Source: Fibrobacteria bacterium
GTDB lineage: Bacteria > Fibrobacterota > Fibrobacteria > UBA11236
Direction: 5' to 3'
Assembly: GCA_043732185.1 (NCBI GenBank)
Contig: JAYTHY010000034.1
Span: 1 to 38,339 of the forward strand
DNA length: 38,339 nt
Both the position numbers and the translations under genes were made by a program. The notes under the pieces are model-generated. The model was not told where the DNA came from. It did no database searches and saw nothing but the letters and a program-made list of their open reading frames with translations. Shown here one piece after another: positions 11,601 through 18,499 of the stretch. Numbering within the stretch: position 1 is the stretch's first letter; every line of letters starts with the position of its first letter.

Positions 11601-14600
11601 ATCCGCTGGGGAGGGTTCCTGGATGACCTGGACAAATTCGATCCCTTGTTTTTCGGAATTTCGCCCAGGGAAGCCGAACTGATGGATCCGCAGCAGAGGA
11701 TTTTCCTCGAGACGGTTTGGAACGCCATCGAGGACGCCGGATATAAGGCGTCCGATCTCTCCGGAACCGATACGGGCCTCTTCGTCGGCGTCGCCGGAAT
11801 CGATTATTTCGAAATGATGGCAAGGCAGGGGACCGAAATTTCCGCGCACACGTCCACAGGCATGGCCCATTCCATACTTGCCAATCGCATTTCCTATCTC
11901 CTCAATTTCAGTGGACCGAGCGTGCCGATCGATACCGCCTGTTCCAGCTCCCTGATTGCCATCCACCGCGCCGTGGAATCAATCCGAAAAGGCCGGTGCG
12001 GCCTCGCCATTGCCGGAGGTGTGAATGCGCTTATTAGCCCCACCATGTCCGTTTCCTTCGGCAAAGCCGGCATGCTGAGTCCGGAGGGCCGATGCCGGAC
12101 CTTCGACAGCCAGGCCGACGGATACGTCAGGGGTGAAGGGGCCGGAGCCCTGCTCCTCAAGCCTTTGGACCAGGCCATCGCTGACGGCGATTCCATCTAC
12201 GCGGTGATCAAAGGAAGCGCGGAAAACCACGGTGGCCGGGCCAATTCGCTTACGGCCCCCAATCCTTCCGCGCAAGCCGACCTGTTAGTCGAGGCCTATA
12301 TCGCCGCTAAGGTCGACCCGCGTACGGTCGGTTATATCGAAGCGCATGGTACCGCTACCCGGTTGGGGGATCCCGTGGAAATTAACGGTATGAAAAAGGC
12401 GTTCGAGCGCCTCTACGCATTGCGGGGACTGGACGCGCCTGCTTTTCCACATTGCGGTATCGGCTCGGTGAAGACCCACATTGGGCATCTTGAAACCGCG
12501 GCCGGCGTCGCCGGAGTGATCAAGGTGCTCATGTCCATGAAACACGCTACGCTGCCGGCCAACCTGAATTTCAGGAATCTGAATCCTTTCATCAAGCTCG
12601 AAGGCAGCCCTTTTCGCGTGGTGGACCGAACCCGGCCTTGGGAACGGTTGCTGGACGATGTTGGAGAGCCTTGCCCCAGGAGGGCGGGAATCAGCTCTTT
12701 TGGTTTCGGCGGCGCCAACGCGCATCTGGTCCTGGAAGAATATATCCCGAAAAAAACCGAACTGAACCCGGTTCTACTCGACCTTCCGCAAGCGTTCAAT
12801 CTCTCCGCGAAGAAACCGGATCAATTGCTTGCGCAAGCGCAGGGTTTACTCGAATTCTGCCAATCATGGAGGGCTTCAGGGGAATCCTCAGGCGAGGCTG
12901 ACTTTATGCGGGAGATGGCTTATACATTGCAGGTTGGCCGCGAGGAAATGGAGGAGAGGGTTTCCATTCTGGCGGAAGACTTGGAAAGCCTCATGTCGAC
13001 CTTGGGGAGGTTCTCCCGAGGAGAAAAAAATCTGGAGGGCGTTTTTCTCTCTAAGGGCAAATTTACCCGCAAGGAATGGGCCGTCCTTTTAGAAGGACGC
13101 GCAGGGGCGGAATTCCTTCGAGCCTTGGCGGCGGATCGGGAAATCGGACGCATCGCGAGGCTTTGGGCAGAAGGCGTCAATATCCCTTGGAAAGAAATGT
13201 ACGGAGCGTCGCGTCCAAGGCGCATATCGCTCCCGACTTATGCCTTCGCAAGGGAAAGGTATTGGATCCTTCACCCGGCGGGAAAACCGGTAAAGACCGG
13301 AAACGGAACCGAAGTGGGAATTGTCGGCCTCCATCCCTTGCTGGATTCCAACGAATCCGGATTGGATAAAGTTCTATTCCGCAAGCGGTTCCTTGGGAAG
13401 GAATTCTTCCTCCGTGATCATATCGTATGTGGCAAGATGTTCCTCCCCGGAGTGGTGTACCTAGAAATGGCGCGCGCCGCATGCTCGCTCGCCAATCGAT
13501 CGGAAGAACCGGTACGCCTGTCGAACATAATCTGGCAAAGGCCATTCGTGGCCTCCGAAAATGGAAAGGATGTGCTTGTCAGCTTGGTCCGCCACGGTCA
13601 GAAGGTGAAATTCAAAATCGTTGACGGGGAAGACCCTGAACACGTATTCTGTTTTGGTGAGACGGAAACTATTCCCGCGCCTACCGCTATCACCGCCATC
13701 GATCTCGACGCCATCCGTAATCGCTGCACCCTTCGCCGCAGAGGCGAGGAATGTTACGGAAACTTCGGAAAAATCGAGTTGGAATACGGACCTGCGTTTC
13801 GTTCCATCATGAACCTGGACGGTAACGAACGGGAATGCCTGTCCGAATTGGAATTTCCGACTTCGGTGAAATCGGAATCAAAAGGTTTCCTTCTTCCCCC
13901 TTCCCTGCTTGATGGCGCCTTGCAATCGGTTATGGGCCTGCTCTGGAATTCCTCGGAAGAGAATGTCGGCCTGCATCTGCCCTACGGACTCACGGAGATC
14001 GAAATCCTGTCACCGATTCCGGAACGATGCTTCGCCTATGCCACTTGGGCCGGGCCGAACCGGCCCGGGAACGGAAACACACTGGGCTTCGATATACTCC
14101 TTGCCGATGCGCGCGGAGCGATCCTGGCAAGCCTGAAGAATTTTACGGTGAGGCCGCTCAATCCGCAAGCCACGGTCATACCGTCCTCAGCGATTGCCGG
14201 GGGCGCACCGGGGGCGGAACTCTCTGTGCTCTTTTTGCGGAAAACCTGGGTGCTGGAAGCTCTTCCATCTCCTGCAAGGGATCCTGGCTCCGTTTTGGTA
14301 TTCGCGCCAGCAACAGCGCGCGCGGTTGGCGGCGGATGGGAATCGACTTTTCAAAAATCGTCCGGCACTGGTCGGGTCATTGTGGTCTACCCCGGAACAG
14401 GATTCCGCGAGATCGGGCCCGGCACCTATGAGATCCATCCCGCCGAGGCAGTGGACTACAGCAGTCTATTGGATCGATTGGCCCTGGATAATGAATTCCC
14501 CGCAACCATAGTCGATGCGCGCGCCGTTTCCGAGATGCCGGGAATCGGAAATGCTGAAAATTCCTTCGATCCCCTGATCGACCACGGTTTTCAGCCCCTG

Positions 14601-16331
14601 TTCCTCCTTTGCCAGGCGCTGCTTAGAAAAAGCACGAGCATTCCGTTGCAGGTCATCCACGTGCATTCGCCACGGGGAGACGCAGCAGGACTCCAAAACA
14701 AAGCCTTGATGGGATTCTCCAAGACCGTGTCGAAGGAGAACCCCCGGATTTCCTTGAAAATCCTGGAAACAGGTTTCGTATCCATTCCCGAAGGATTGGC
14801 GAGCGCATGCCTGGAGGAAGCCCGCAGCATCGGGTCCGGAGAAATCCGCCTTCATGAAGGAAGACGCTGGATCCGGAAATTGACCGAGCTGGGGGACTGT
14901 CCCGCCCACGGTGGTTTTCCGGCCACGATCCGCGAGCGCGGAGTATATCTCGTCACCGGCGGACAGGGAGGATTGGGCCGCTTGTTCGCGGAGCATTTCG
15001 CAACCGAAGCCCGGGCGCGATTGGTGCTCACGGGCCGGTCGCCAGAAACCCAGGAAACCCGCTGGCTGCTCAATAGGCTGCGCTCCCTTGGAGGAGAAGG
15101 CATCTATATTCCTTGCGATGTGGCCGACCTGGGGGAGACCCTGAAACTGGCGGAAACGTGCAGAAACAGATTCGGAGGGGTGGATGGAATCGTCCATGCC
15201 GCGGGAATCATCCGCGACGCCTATATCATCAAAAAGGACGTTTCCGATCTCAAGCGGGTTCTCGCCCCCAAGGTGCAAGGCACGATAAACCTGGACCAGG
15301 CCTTTGCCGGTGATAATCTGGCTTTCTTTTCGCTTTTTTCCTCCATCACTGGTGTCATGGGGAATGCGGGCCAAGCCGACTATTGCTTCGCCAACGGTTT
15401 CATGGACGCTTTCGCTGAATGGCGAGAACACTTGCGGAAACGGGGCGCGCGTAGCGGCAGAACCCTGTCCATTGGATGGCCGCTTTGGAAAGAAGGCGGT
15501 ATGCGCGTCGTTCCTGCCATTGAAAAAATGCTGGCCTCCACCACCGGGATGTCGCCTTTGCCGACCCCGCAAGGAATCGCGGCGTTCTTCAAATGCCTGG
15601 CATCGGAGGAGTCCTCCATTACCGTCGCGGCGGGCCTAGGACCCAAGCTAAAGGGAAGCCTGGGCGCTGATTGGGAACCCTTTGCGTCCCCGGAGCCTTT
15701 CCATCCTTCCCCGCCGCCACCCTCCGGCCCGGCCATGGTTCCCCATGAACATCAAGGTCTTGACCGGGAAGTCCGATTCATGGCGGCATCCATTCTCAAA
15801 CTCGATCCGGACCAATTGGAAGTGGATATGCCTCTGGGTGATTTCGGATTCGATTCCATCAGTCTTACCGAACTGGCCAATCGGGTCAACGACCGGTTCA
15901 AAACGGATCTGACTCCCGCCGTCTTCTTTGAACACGGTACCCTGGCGTCTTTCCAAGACCACCTTCGAAAGACACTAAGCACTACTCGCGATTCCCCACC
16001 CCTGTCAAATACTCCGACCCAACCGCCAGTGTCGGTGGCTCCCAAAGAGGACACAGGACGAGAAGTACTACTCATCGCATGCGACATCCTTAAGATCCAT
16101 GCAGAACAGATCGATTGGGAATCTCCCCTGAGCGATTATGGCTTCGACTCGATCAGCCTTACAGAACTGGCTAACCGGGTAAATGACAGGTTCGGCCTCG
16201 ATTTGACTCCCGTCGTCTTCTTCGAACACGCTACTTTGGATTCGTTCGTCCGGTTCCTGGACCGTGAATTCGGTCCCGGCTTAGCCGGAGCCGGGAAACC
16301 GGGTAAAGTAATTTTCCATGAAGGTATTTAG
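5655..16331 (+). CDS. Trans-AT type I polyketide synthase, 3558 aa: DH-FkbH(N)-FkbM MT-FkbH-ACP-KS-KS-DH-KR-ACP-ACP
   Basis: ATG 5655 overlaps the AT-ER stop (ATGA). DH: HVVQNCVLYP and DGVMQ. FkbM: DIGANIG and LLKVDAE. FkbH: DCDQTLW, FLDDS, SCRSLGRGVE. ACP: GLDSM (~9279). KS1: DTACSS (10026), HGTGT, GHLEAA. KS2: DTACSS (11931), HGTAT, GHLETA. DH: HIVCGKMFLP and DGALQ. KR: GGQGGLG, HAAGIIRD, GQADYCFAN. Two ACPs with GFDSI. No AT or TE domain. Confidence 0.95.
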   Translation: MKSEFNLHISETDFDTAGHVVQNCVLYPAVAYLGLVWNCEKDLRRSWREKGTCLTWSEAYWWAPMEPGERGTGIRIETERIANGTAYRVWSEKPNAAGPLATGVIGISELEPKRFPFLDIASIRNSAVSRLDKEEIYSAFSRHGIRYAGRFKCIEEIHFGEGGTLARLKTNRGDGGSPWDVCALDGVMQTFLMTLLEHQGEREMYVPFSLGTWIFHGPMPGDAFIYTIRSSTHPQDGEFRFDAIITDTDGKSVATLDGLCVRSRSVTDSALPAGDAKRICIASSFTSEPVREPLSFWMAKMNGTIPEIVFAPYNQVFQTLLDPSGPFANGSSGLNQVFIRSEDLLGPEGLRDTELMGKEKDALLDGKERHTLPNGLEIAHSNLYETRYLYEEIFVEKTYLKHGVNLGDGDVVIDIGANIGMFSLFVAREYPGCTVFAFEPSPATFELLSANARIHAPGVRPCPWGISGEDGDAEFTFYERSSVFSGFHSDIAKDTEAIRSVVENAIRSRTALSEESMTEHVDQLMEGRLASKSIRCPIKKLSTVFRELGITRVDLLKVDAEKSEWGVLVGIDPADWDMIRQVVIEVHGEDAGLAEKVIGFLSQKGFEVIHGEEGALSGSGLSNLYARRKSELSADRPSILRDRVSRNLAELESALHVSAARDKAPLFLCVCPPSPAFRDSVHAEFIDRLETRLVGRLNSSGTIHAIKASDFADRYPFRSYHDSLRDAMGHIPYTPRFFSILATLAARRVYGVSGRAFKAIALDCDQTLWKGICGEEGAKGVKIESAQALLQRLMADLQAQGILLCLLSKNNPDDVFQVFGHNEDMILKLDQFAAHRIGWSPKDEGIRRMAEQLNIGLESFIFLDDSPLECAAMKAKCPEVLTLRLPDRDSDIPGFLRNVWPFDLWTVSEEDRSRNRKYREESMRNSLRESTTSLQEFLDSLEVQVRFQTAADSHIARISQLTAKTNQFNFTTLRRNASQIDALLKDPAFGVRIVHVTDRFGDYGIVGLIIWREEGKRLIADTVLLSCRSLGRGVEHRMIAELGRLAMEKGMVESLLPFSSTAKNEPARAFLASIGKGAITGSPDDPPLVFPSAYLASLTYSPEEAPAAGKSADRHGPDQAGLAGYSASLPALGTSFHEVVLDLRDPDVMLLTMNAGLLDAFGGNASSGHAEPSEFSDNPAICYLNRIFTEILRPQHPLPAEGAGFDRLGLDSMRIIEVLGRMENDFGKLPKTLLFEYQDVQSLAGYLLEKYPDTFKRLSQDDANAAGTPRLNIEAMGPEELSASGAAEFVTGRQDIAIVGMSGRYPLAPDLERFWKNLLEGKDCVRGPGDRRGFHRFQDPREPLQPVGYTDQGGFLDDVEYFDPLFFNISPAEAERLDPQQRLFLEEAWHTLEDAGYVWSERESDVGVFVGVMTSTYGLVGLEASLRGSSSLPDYDHYEIPNRVSYFFNFNGPSMAVDTACSSSLTALHLACESIRRGECGSALAGGVSLILHPSRYAQYCAKNMLSRDGRSKAFGAEANGFADGEGVGCVYLKSLQKALEDGDRIHGVIRGSAINSGGRTSGFTVPNPKAQEKMIRRAIENAGLDPRTITYLEAHGTGTILGDPIEIKGLANAFSHFTGEKGFCAMGSVKSNIGHLEAAAGIAGLTKVLLQMRHRTLAPSLHCAVPNPAIEFGETPFRLQLQAEAWSRSRASSIESFKEIPLRAGISSFGAGGSNAHVIVEEPPFPKAGKNTPAGISRIFVLSAKTESALKRKRIDLANHLRNGTTIDLADLSFTLNCARAHFDRRIAFIAKDAEGLLMALDATDQVSGPTVYRKTDSGNAPVNGFPTEPLNDESNLRKLAEFFVSGGNPDWRFLYKDSEGRIISLPPYPFEMIRCWINVASPVPDAAAVSEWPDRVDIETGTTPAREALVGAPEVHSDAPDPDRQIAIIGIAGVFPGAADVREFWANLAEGRDMIREVPPDRWNWKDYPDSAPKEADKTGIRWGGFLDDLDKFDPLFFGISPREAELMDPQQRIFLETVWNAIEDAGYKASDLSGTDTGLFVGVAGIDYFEMMARQGTEISAHTSTGMAHSILANRISYLLNFSGPSVPIDTACSSSLIAIHRAVESIRKGRCGLAIAGGVNALISPTMSVSFGKAGMLSPEGRCRTFDSQADGYVRGEGAGALLLKPLDQAIADGDSIYAVIKGSAENHGGRANSLTAPNPSAQADLLVEAYIAAKVDPRTVGYIEAHGTATRLGDPVEINGMKKAFERLYALRGLDAPAFPHCGIGSVKTHIGHLETAAGVAGVIKVLMSMKHATLPANLNFRNLNPFIKLEGSPFRVVDRTRPWERLLDDVGEPCPRRAGISSFGFGGANAHLVLEEYIPKKTELNPVLLDLPQAFNLSAKKPDQLLAQAQGLLEFCQSWRASGESSGEADFMREMAYTLQVGREEMEERVSILAEDLESLMSTLGRFSRGEKNLEGVFLSKGKFTRKEWAVLLEGRAGAEFLRALAADREIGRIARLWAEGVNIPWKEMYGASRPRRISLPTYAFARERYWILHPAGKPVKTGNGTEVGIVGLHPLLDSNESGLDKVLFRKRFLGKEFFLRDHIVCGKMFLPGVVYLEMARAACSLANRSEEPVRLSNIIWQRPFVASENGKDVLVSLVRHGQKVKFKIVDGEDPEHVFCFGETETIPAPTAITAIDLDAIRNRCTLRRRGEECYGNFGKIELEYGPAFRSIMNLDGNERECLSELEFPTSVKSESKGFLLPPSLLDGALQSVMGLLWNSSEENVGLHLPYGLTEIEILSPIPERCFAYATWAGPNRPGNGNTLGFDILLADARGAILASLKNFTVRPLNPQATVIPSSAIAGGAPGAELSVLFLRKTWVLEALPSPARDPGSVLVFAPATARAVGGGWESTFQKSSGTGRVIVVYPGTGFREIGPGTYEIHPAEAVDYSSLLDRLALDNEFPATIVDARAVSEMPGIGNAENSFDPLIDHGFQPLFLLCQALLRKSTSIPLQVIHVHSPRGDAAGLQNKALMGFSKTVSKENPRISLKILETGFVSIPEGLASACLEEARSIGSGEIRLHEGRRWIRKLTELGDCPAHGGFPATIRERGVYLVTGGQGGLGRLFAEHFATEARARLVLTGRSPETQETRWLLNRLRSLGGEGIYIPCDVADLGETLKLAETCRNRFGGVDGIVHAAGIIRDAYIIKKDVSDLKRVLAPKVQGTINLDQAFAGDNLAFFSLFSSITGVMGNAGQADYCFANGFMDAFAEWREHLRKRGARSGRTLSIGWPLWKEGGMRVVPAIEKMLASTTGMSPLPTPQGIAAFFKCLASEESSITVAAGLGPKLKGSLGADWEPFASPEPFHPSPPPPSGPAMVPHEHQGLDREVRFMAASILKLDPDQLEVDMPLGDFGFDSISLTELANRVNDRFKTDLTPAVFFEHGTLASFQDHLRKTLSTTRDSPPLSNTPTQPPVSVAPKEDTGREVLLIACDILKIHAEQIDWESPLSDYGFDSISLTELANRVNDRFGLDLTPVVFFEHATLDSFVRFLDREFGPGLAGAGKPGKVIFHEGI

Positions 16332-16380
16332 TCGTGGCTACCAGTTACCGGACGGACAGAGTCAGAGGTGCCGCCCCCGA

Positions 16381-16815
16381 TTATATCCCTTTAAGAAACC
16401 GTTTCACCCTGCGAACGATGAAACCAAGGATCGGAAGATTCTCATAGGCTAGCTCACCCAAATCGAAGTATTCGCTGAACCGGATGACCTTGTCCTCCGC
16501 ACCTCCAAACTCGAGCCATGTGGAACCCCTCAAGGGTATTTCCTGCTGCATATTAAGCTTGGAATGGCGGATTAAAGCGGTCCACTGCACAGACACCTGA
16601 CTGCCTTCCACAATTATTGGGCCAAATTCATATTGAATCTTCGAGATATGTTTGAAAAATCGCACATAATGGTGACCCAAGCTTACCCGCCCAGAGCCTT
16701 GGCCCAGAGGATCAGCGAACTCTACCTCTGGATCATAGAATGAGTCGATAAGAGAGAGGGTATCCTTATTCAGCGCGGAAAAAAAAGCCGTTGCCCTCCG
16801 GCCGTACTCATGCAT
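16381..16815 (-). CDS. SnoaL-like / NTF2-family protein
   Basis: FYDPEVEFADPLG..G at the N-terminus and KVIRFSEYFD near the C-terminus; 144 aa; GGAGGTGG RBS upstream. Confidence 0.85.
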   Translation of the reverse strand: MHEYGRRATAFFSALNKDTLSLIDSFYDPEVEFADPLGQGSGRVSLGHHYVRFFKHISKIQYEFGPIIVEGSQVSVQWTALIRHSKLNMQQEIPLRGSTWLEFGGAEDKVIRFSEYFDLGELAYENLPILGFIVRRVKRFLKGI

Positions 16816-17272
16816 TTATCCACCTCCATGGAACCAAATTGGGAACGTATCCAAGTGGAAAGATAATGCCAAAATGCTTCAATTGGCTCACTAGTGCCAT
16901 TTCTTAATCCTGAGATGGTGAGTTCTCTAGCAGCCGTTGTTGAAATAATTGCCATGGTGAATATTCAACTTTGGCTAAAATTCCTAAGGGTACATGATTT
17001 GGTCGGAATCCAGTTTCTTTCCCTCCTTAAACATCGGCACAATCCGGAAACCAGTTGCAAGGGCCTTGCTACTAGCAACCCTATCTCCTTTTTTAAATTC
17101 GGTTCAACAGTCATTACCGCTGGATCGTAAAAGATTGCATCAGCCCTTCGAAGTTAAAAGCGTAGTCCCGAACTCAAAAAAAATACATTCTAGGAGGTTA
17201 TTTGTGTTGGTATTATCCCTTTGCCGTTTTATCGTTAACAGGTTTGAACCTTTTGCTCAGGATGTATAACGT

Positions 17273-18499
17273 CTATTCCCCCAACGCCCGCCCCAAATTC
17301 TCCGCCTCAAAATCAACATTGCTCCTCAGGTTCCTCCTGGCCTCAACCTGATAAGCCCCCACCCCCAGTAACGCCGCCTTAGACTGGGCCAAGTTCATCT
17401 CCATAATCAACTCACTTTCCATCATCTCCAGCCGCTTCAATTCCACCTTATTCTGCAAAGCCAACAAATCCGCCAGCGAAGTTGGTGATGAGGTTTCAGA
17501 TGTATTCTGTTTCGACGGCTTACCTCCATTCATCACCGGAACCGGTACTTTGTCCGCATCGGTTGGGCTATACAGGTCACGGGATATCGCTACACTGGGA
17601 CTTTTAACCGAGCGATCTTTTGATTTCGGCAGCTTATCCTTTGATGCCAATACCCATTCCTGATTTAATCCTGCCAAATCCTTTTGGTGCCGGTCCATCT
17701 GGCCTGAAACCGCGGTAATCTCCCCGCCCAAGTTTTGAGCCATATCCATCAAGAAGGCGATTTGCTTGTCCACTGTAGTTCCTCCCACATCCGGACTCAG
17801 CATTTCCTCTTCCAACGCAGCAATTTCCTTTTCCAAAGCTGACGCCTTCGCCTCCATGACTCGCCGCGTGTCCGAATCTACGGTAGTCCTAAGCCCGGCT
17901 TGAACCGCCGACAATTCCCCCTGCTTGCCAAGCAAGCTTACCCTCTTCGCATTCAGTGCCACAAGCCTTATCTTCTCTCGATTATCCTGATAGTCCCTCC
18001 CCAAGTAATAGGCATTTAAAACCGCCCGCAACTGCCCTTGCGAAACGTCAAATGACAACCCTCGATTCACCTGGCTATAGAACCCGACCGTCATCCGGTC
18101 ATCGACCGTCTTCAAAACGCTATTGAAGAGGATATCCACAAAATCATTCGTTTCCTCGGACACCAATCCATTGGCCCGGTCCAACCAAGCGGCACAGGAA
18201 TTCATATCATAGGGATTGATATTTGACAGGGAACCGAACTGCCCCAGCATTTGCTCGGTTTCCGATTTCAGATCATCGAGCCGACTGGACATGCTTTTTG
18301 CCAGAGCTATTTCCTTATTCACCGCCCTGACCAAGGTCGCCGTTTGCACATAGCAATTGATGGCTCCGGTGACGAAACCGATTTCTGTCAAGGAGGGTAA
18401 ATATTTAGTTGCTTTTTTCAGGAGTTTCGAATTCTGGGCCGAAGCGGGAGAAACCCAAACGTAGATCATTAAAATGGCTGTCAGCCGAAATAAGTTCAT
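17273..18499 (-). CDS. Secreted helical protein, possibly VirB5/TrbJ-like T4SS component
   Basis: Sec signal (MNLFRLTAILMIYVWVSPASA-Q), coiled-coil character, C-terminal SLADLLALQNKVEL reminiscent of VirB5/TrbJ, last gene of the virB operon, ATGA overlap with the upstream gene. The CDS is solid; the family call is tentative. Confidence 0.55.
   Translation of the reverse strand: MNLFRLTAILMIYVWVSPASAQNSKLLKKATKYLPSLTEIGFVTGAINCYVQTATLVRAVNKEIALAKSMSSRLDDLKSETEQMLGQFGSLSNINPYDMNSCAAWLDRANGLVSEETNDFVDILFNSVLKTVDDRMTVGFYSQVNRGLSFDVSQGQLRAVLNAYYLGRDYQDNREKIRLVALNAKRVSLLGKQGELSAVQAGLRTTVDSDTRRVMEAKASALEKEIAALEEEMLSPDVGGTTVDKQIAFLMDMAQNLGGEITAVSGQMDRHQKDLAGLNQEWVLASKDKLPKSKDRSVKSPSVAISRDLYSPTDADKVPVPVMNGGKPSKQNTSETSSPTSLADLLALQNKVELKRLEMMESELIMEMNLAQSKAALLGVGAYQVEARRNLRSNVDFEAENLGRALGE

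Noticed and set aside
9864..15572. Long antisense ORFs (279, 342 and 368 aa) within the PKS
   Set aside because: Typical shadow frames of GC-rich coding DNA; no motifs, and they lie opposite clear KS and KR domains.
16318..16380. ATG overlapping the PKS end as a possible remnant of a next PKS gene
   Set aside because: The translation (MKVFSRGYQLPDGQ...) shows no PKS similarity and runs into the convergent SnoaL gene.
16770..17269. Short ORFs (61, 78 and 91 aa) between the SnoaL gene and the T4SS operon
   Set aside because: Mutually overlapping, no convincing RBS or motifs; the region is AT-rich and looks like a promoter or spacer.
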